Both the position numbers and the translations under genes were made by a program. Shown in pieces: positions 60,654 through 64,000 of a DNA stretch of 64,000 nt (position 1 is the stretch's first letter; each line of letters begins with the position of its first letter). This stretch comes from Octopus sinensis. Its lineage: Eukaryota. Where the stretch lies: NCBI RefSeq assembly GCF_006345805.1, contig NC_043009.1, positions 19,034,001-19,098,000 on the forward strand. Direction: 5' to 3'. The notes under the pieces are model-generated. The model saw only the letters and a program-made list of their open reading frames with translations, had not been told where the DNA came from and searched no databases.

Positions 60654-61124
60654 GTAGTAAAGATTGTTTGCCATCATAGCATGGCAGTCCTGGTTTAAGA
60701 CGAATGCTGCTCTAATTTAGCCCAGGAGACATCGTCTCCAGCTGGCTATACGACAAGATCTGTGCCCTTATATTTTCGAACAAGGAAATCTAGCACCCCC
60801 ACCTTCTCAAAAATAGTTATTTTCTAATTTATAGATCATTAACTAGTTGTCACTGTGAAAACTATATATTTCGAACAAAAATTTGGCAGCGCCACCTCTT
60901 GTTGAACAATTATTCTATTATGATGAATAGAAATAACCCGGAAATCGCGATACAGGGATATTGTTTTGAGCTGGGTGGGGGTGCTAGATTCCCTTGTTCG
61001 AAAATATAAGGGCACAAATCGTGTCGTATAGCCAGCTGGAGACGATGTCTCCTGGGGCTAAATTACAGCAACATTCGTCCTAAACCAGGACTGCCATGTT
61101 ATGTTGGCAAACAATCTTTACTAC
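60654..61124. mobile_element. MITE with ~155-bp terminal inverted repeats, nested in another repeat (60610-61250)
   Basis: GTAGTAAAGATTGTTTGCC...CTAGCACCCCCACC / GGTGGGGGTGCTAG...GGCAAACAATCTTTACTAC. Confidence 0.85.
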
Positions 61125-61289
61125 AGAATATTTACAGTAGCTCATCTTTTACACCAAGACAAAACATGTACATGATAACTCTTCCAATCATTAAAGATCA
61201 GAAGCCATGAGAATCAGTGCCTGGTACTGCATCAGGGCATTTATTATCATTATCATCATTATTATTATTATTATTGTTGTTGTTGTTGC

Positions 61290-61785
61290 TGTTGTTGTTT
61301 TTGTCAGTCACAGACAATTTATTTTTACTCTTGCTGATTTTCAAGCAAGAAAAACTTTGTTTACAAATATATGTGAATCCAAAAATAGAAAACATTTTCC
61401 CAATAACTCTTTTCACACATGCATATTTGTCAGTAGATAGAGATTTGTGAAATTCTATCAATGTCACAGAATTAAACATTTCTTTCAGCGTGTGATCTGA
61501 CTGCACGTCAATTAGTTCAAGCTTCAGCTCCTCAGGCGCTGTATCAGTATCAACTGCAAAAGGATAAGGTAGCAAATTGAAATCAGGCTAAATTTTCTTA
61601 AAATCCTGAAATCTTCTGGTGACCTCATCCTCCAAACTCAGCAAATGATCCCTAATCTTGGAAGAAACACTTGCAGGCACTTGGAAGAAACACTTGCAGG
61701 CACTTTCTGTTTTCTTAATAAAGGGAAATGACAAACTTGCCCTCACCTGCTTGCCTTGCAAATAGAGCTACAACTGCGAATATTA
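61290..61785 (-). pseudogene. hAT (SPIN/GTF2IRD2-like) transposase C-terminal remnant
   Basis: PFAVDTDTAPEELKLELID...FGFTYICKQSFS..K.SKSK; 23-bp tandem duplication at 61658-61703. Confidence 0.8.
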
Positions 61786-61814
61786 CTACTTAAAAGTTTC
61801 TACAAAGACACACA

Positions 61815-61950
61815 CATATATACGACGGACTTGTTTCAGTTTTCGTCTACCAAATTCACTCGCAAAACTCTGGTCGGCCCGAGGCGATGGTAGAAGACAG
61901 TTGCCCAGTGAAACTGAAGTCGAAACCACGTGGTTAGGCAACAAGCTTCT
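61815..61950 (-). mobile_element. SINE family A, 5' part
   Basis: ACGACGGACTTGTTTCAGTTTTCGTCTACCAAAT...AAGCTTCTT. Confidence 0.75.
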
Positions 61951-61959
61951 TTATTTCAT

Positions 61960-63230
61960 TAAATTTCCCATATAGGCCTTATACAGAGAAGCTTCTGGGC
62001 TGGACATGGACAAGATGAGATTAAATGAAACAAAATGATGCGGATGTGAGGGATGTCGGCGCCCACCGACCGACAAACCCTCGAATACAAAGTTTCTTAC
62101 AACAATTCTCTTTGTCAGGGCCCCCAAGCAAATCATATCTCCCATGGCCACCGGGGTCCACAGGGTCAAAGTTGCCTTTGACCCCTCCCAGTCGACCACG
62201 GAGAAATCTTCACACTCAATAGCCTGCGCCCGCTATCCCTCAGGCCTTGCCGGATGGTATTCTCGATCCATCCCGCCTTCGTGTCCAGGGGCAGCCCGCA
62301 CACCCAAGCTCTTCTTATCTTCCTCCAACAATAAGTGGGGAGGAACAAAATTTCTTCTCCCTCAAGGGGCTCGCTGGCAAATCTGCCAGCTTCATCGGGG
62401 GGTACCAAACAGCAACCAGGCCGTTGCAAATTTGGTCCCCCGTGAAACAAATTTTATAGTTGGCAGGTAGTCTGCCAACTCTCTCTCTATTACGCTCTTG
62501 TCGAAGATGGCGATGGCACCACACGACCGTAGTACCACCGTCCTCTTCTCAAGATCTTTAATCCACTGTTTGGGTGGGACCACCTCCCACTCCAAAGCAG
62601 CGGCACCGTTTGTTTTTGCCATGTGCAAAAAAGAAAGTCTTAAAAGTTCCAAAAAAAGTTCAAAGTTCAAAGAGAATGTAAAAAGGTACTCAAAAAGTTT
62701 TTAAAAAAACAAGAAAAAACCAAGAAAGTCTAAAAATTAATTAATAGTACAAAAGGAAAGAAAAAATCAGGAAGGATAAACGGAAAATAGAAAAACAGTT
62801 CACACGGCAAAAACCCAATCTCCTGGCCAACAGGTAATCCCGGTCTAATGTGGATAGGTTCCTTGGCATAAATCTTTTTGTTGTCCGGTAATTGGTAAAT
62901 TAATCCAAAAATTCAAACACAATGCTGGCTACAGCCAACGGTAACTGCAACAGCAACAGGTTCTATTCTGGCGAGGATACGCCCCACCACTTTTTCTTTA
63001 TAAAATGAATTCAATAAATTCTCAATATACAAAAACATCAGCAGCCAAGAGCAGGCGAAATTGTTCCAGAGCTGGGCACAATTTACTGAAAAAATAATTC
63101 GCACGCAACAAATTTTGCCCAGCTCACAACAAACAAAATCACATACCTCGACAACCTTCTCTGTTTTTGTTCTTTTTTCTTTTTAGGACGGAGCTCAGAG
63201 CTCACGTCCTCACCGTTCAGTGTCAAGAAG
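61960..63230 (-). mobile_element. 5' UTR and degenerate ORF1 of a Tx1-like LINE
   Basis: KRTVVLRSCGAI...KFVSRG..FATAWL..; VVDWEG..TLWTP..GDMICLG...IVV; no intact frame. Confidence 0.5.
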
Positions 63231-63779
63231 TCAACTCCACGTCCGGAACCGGAAGCAAGCTTCTTACCACACAGCTACGCCTGTATATGCGCGCGCGCAC
63301 ACACACACACAAACACACATACACACACACACACATACACACACATACACGCGCACACACTCATACACACGTGTATTACTTTATCTTTTCCTCCCAGAGG
63401 CTGTAGTCACGCATTGAGAGTCACCATTGGATTGATTTTTTTGTCATTTACACGACTCTCATTTGTTTTGTTTTGTTGTTTTGATATAATGCGGGTTCGT
63501 ATGCTACCTCAGATAAAAATTTGTCGTTTTTAATGAATCCATATCTAAGCCCTATATTGAAAAGCTGTTTCACCTTAACATTTAAGATATTATAGTAATG
63601 GATCTTTACTATATACGGAGAGGTTGGGACCTTTGTTACTATGTAGTGATGTTCAGTCTGGGGTATGAGGTATTATCCCAAACTTAGGTGCTAAAACCTC
63701 CTGGATTTTCCATATATACATTCTGCATATCTATTTATTGTTTGTTCTAGGGAGTCTCAACTGGCCTCACCCAGTTGCA

Positions 63780-64000
63780 CCGAGGCAATTTTCTTTTCGT
63801 ATAATAGCGCTAGTTTGCATTAAGCTCTGCCGTTAGTTTCTTGCTAAGGGGCGACCAGAATTAGGAACAGTAATCCAGATGACTGAGAACAAATGCATTC
63901 TACAGAACCAACATGGTTTCCTTTATCTTGCCCTGAATGATCTTAGAATCCAACCAGCCACTCGTCGTCACAATGTTATCAATATTCGCATGAGATGAGA
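63780..64000 (-). mobile_element. CR1/L2-group LINE RT C-terminal fragment (related to 1-1190), runs off the window
   Basis: GW...KETMLVL*NAFVLSHLDYCS*FWSP parallels GWILRTF..ETMMVLWRTLVLSHFDYCSQLWSP. Confidence 0.75.

Noticed and set aside
61658-61703. 23-bp tandem duplication in the hAT remnant
   Set aside because: Ordinary slippage or repair duplication
63398-63533. Strong acceptor followed by in-phase GCSHALRVTIGLIFLSF...
   Set aside because: Phase fits A4 but lacks the B-exon Cys pattern and runs on into low-complexity T-rich sequence; cannot be supported without transcripts

Overview
AT-rich animal genomic DNA, very probably from an octopod cephalopod (inferred from its two tRNA-derived SINE families and dense TA/TACA/TTA microsatellites). 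Most of the window is decayed transposon debris: CR1/L2-group, R4/Dong, HERO and Tx1-like non-LTR elements, Penelope-like elements (PLEs), one 5'-truncated Gypsy, two mariners, hAT, Helitron and Chapaev3-like remnants, and MITEs. None of the ORFs in the supplied track is an intact cellular gene. Two things stand out. (1) Six short + strand exons (52-146 nt, none called by the ORF track) with strong AG/GT sites lie between 11.9 and 51.8 kb. They splice into one open frame of 167 codons that encodes tandem 6-Cys modules, each built from a phase 1-2 exon and a phase 2-1 exon; I could not assign the protein to a family. (2) Several unrelated TA-inserted elements carry type I hammerhead ribozyme folds, including a near-identical 546-bp tandem array with one ribozyme per unit and a large 5' inversion (retrozyme-like). 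There are also many fold-back palindromes, one built from neighbouring DNA inside a SINE. All family assignments are from motif recognition by eye; no database searches were run, and TE boundaries are approximate.
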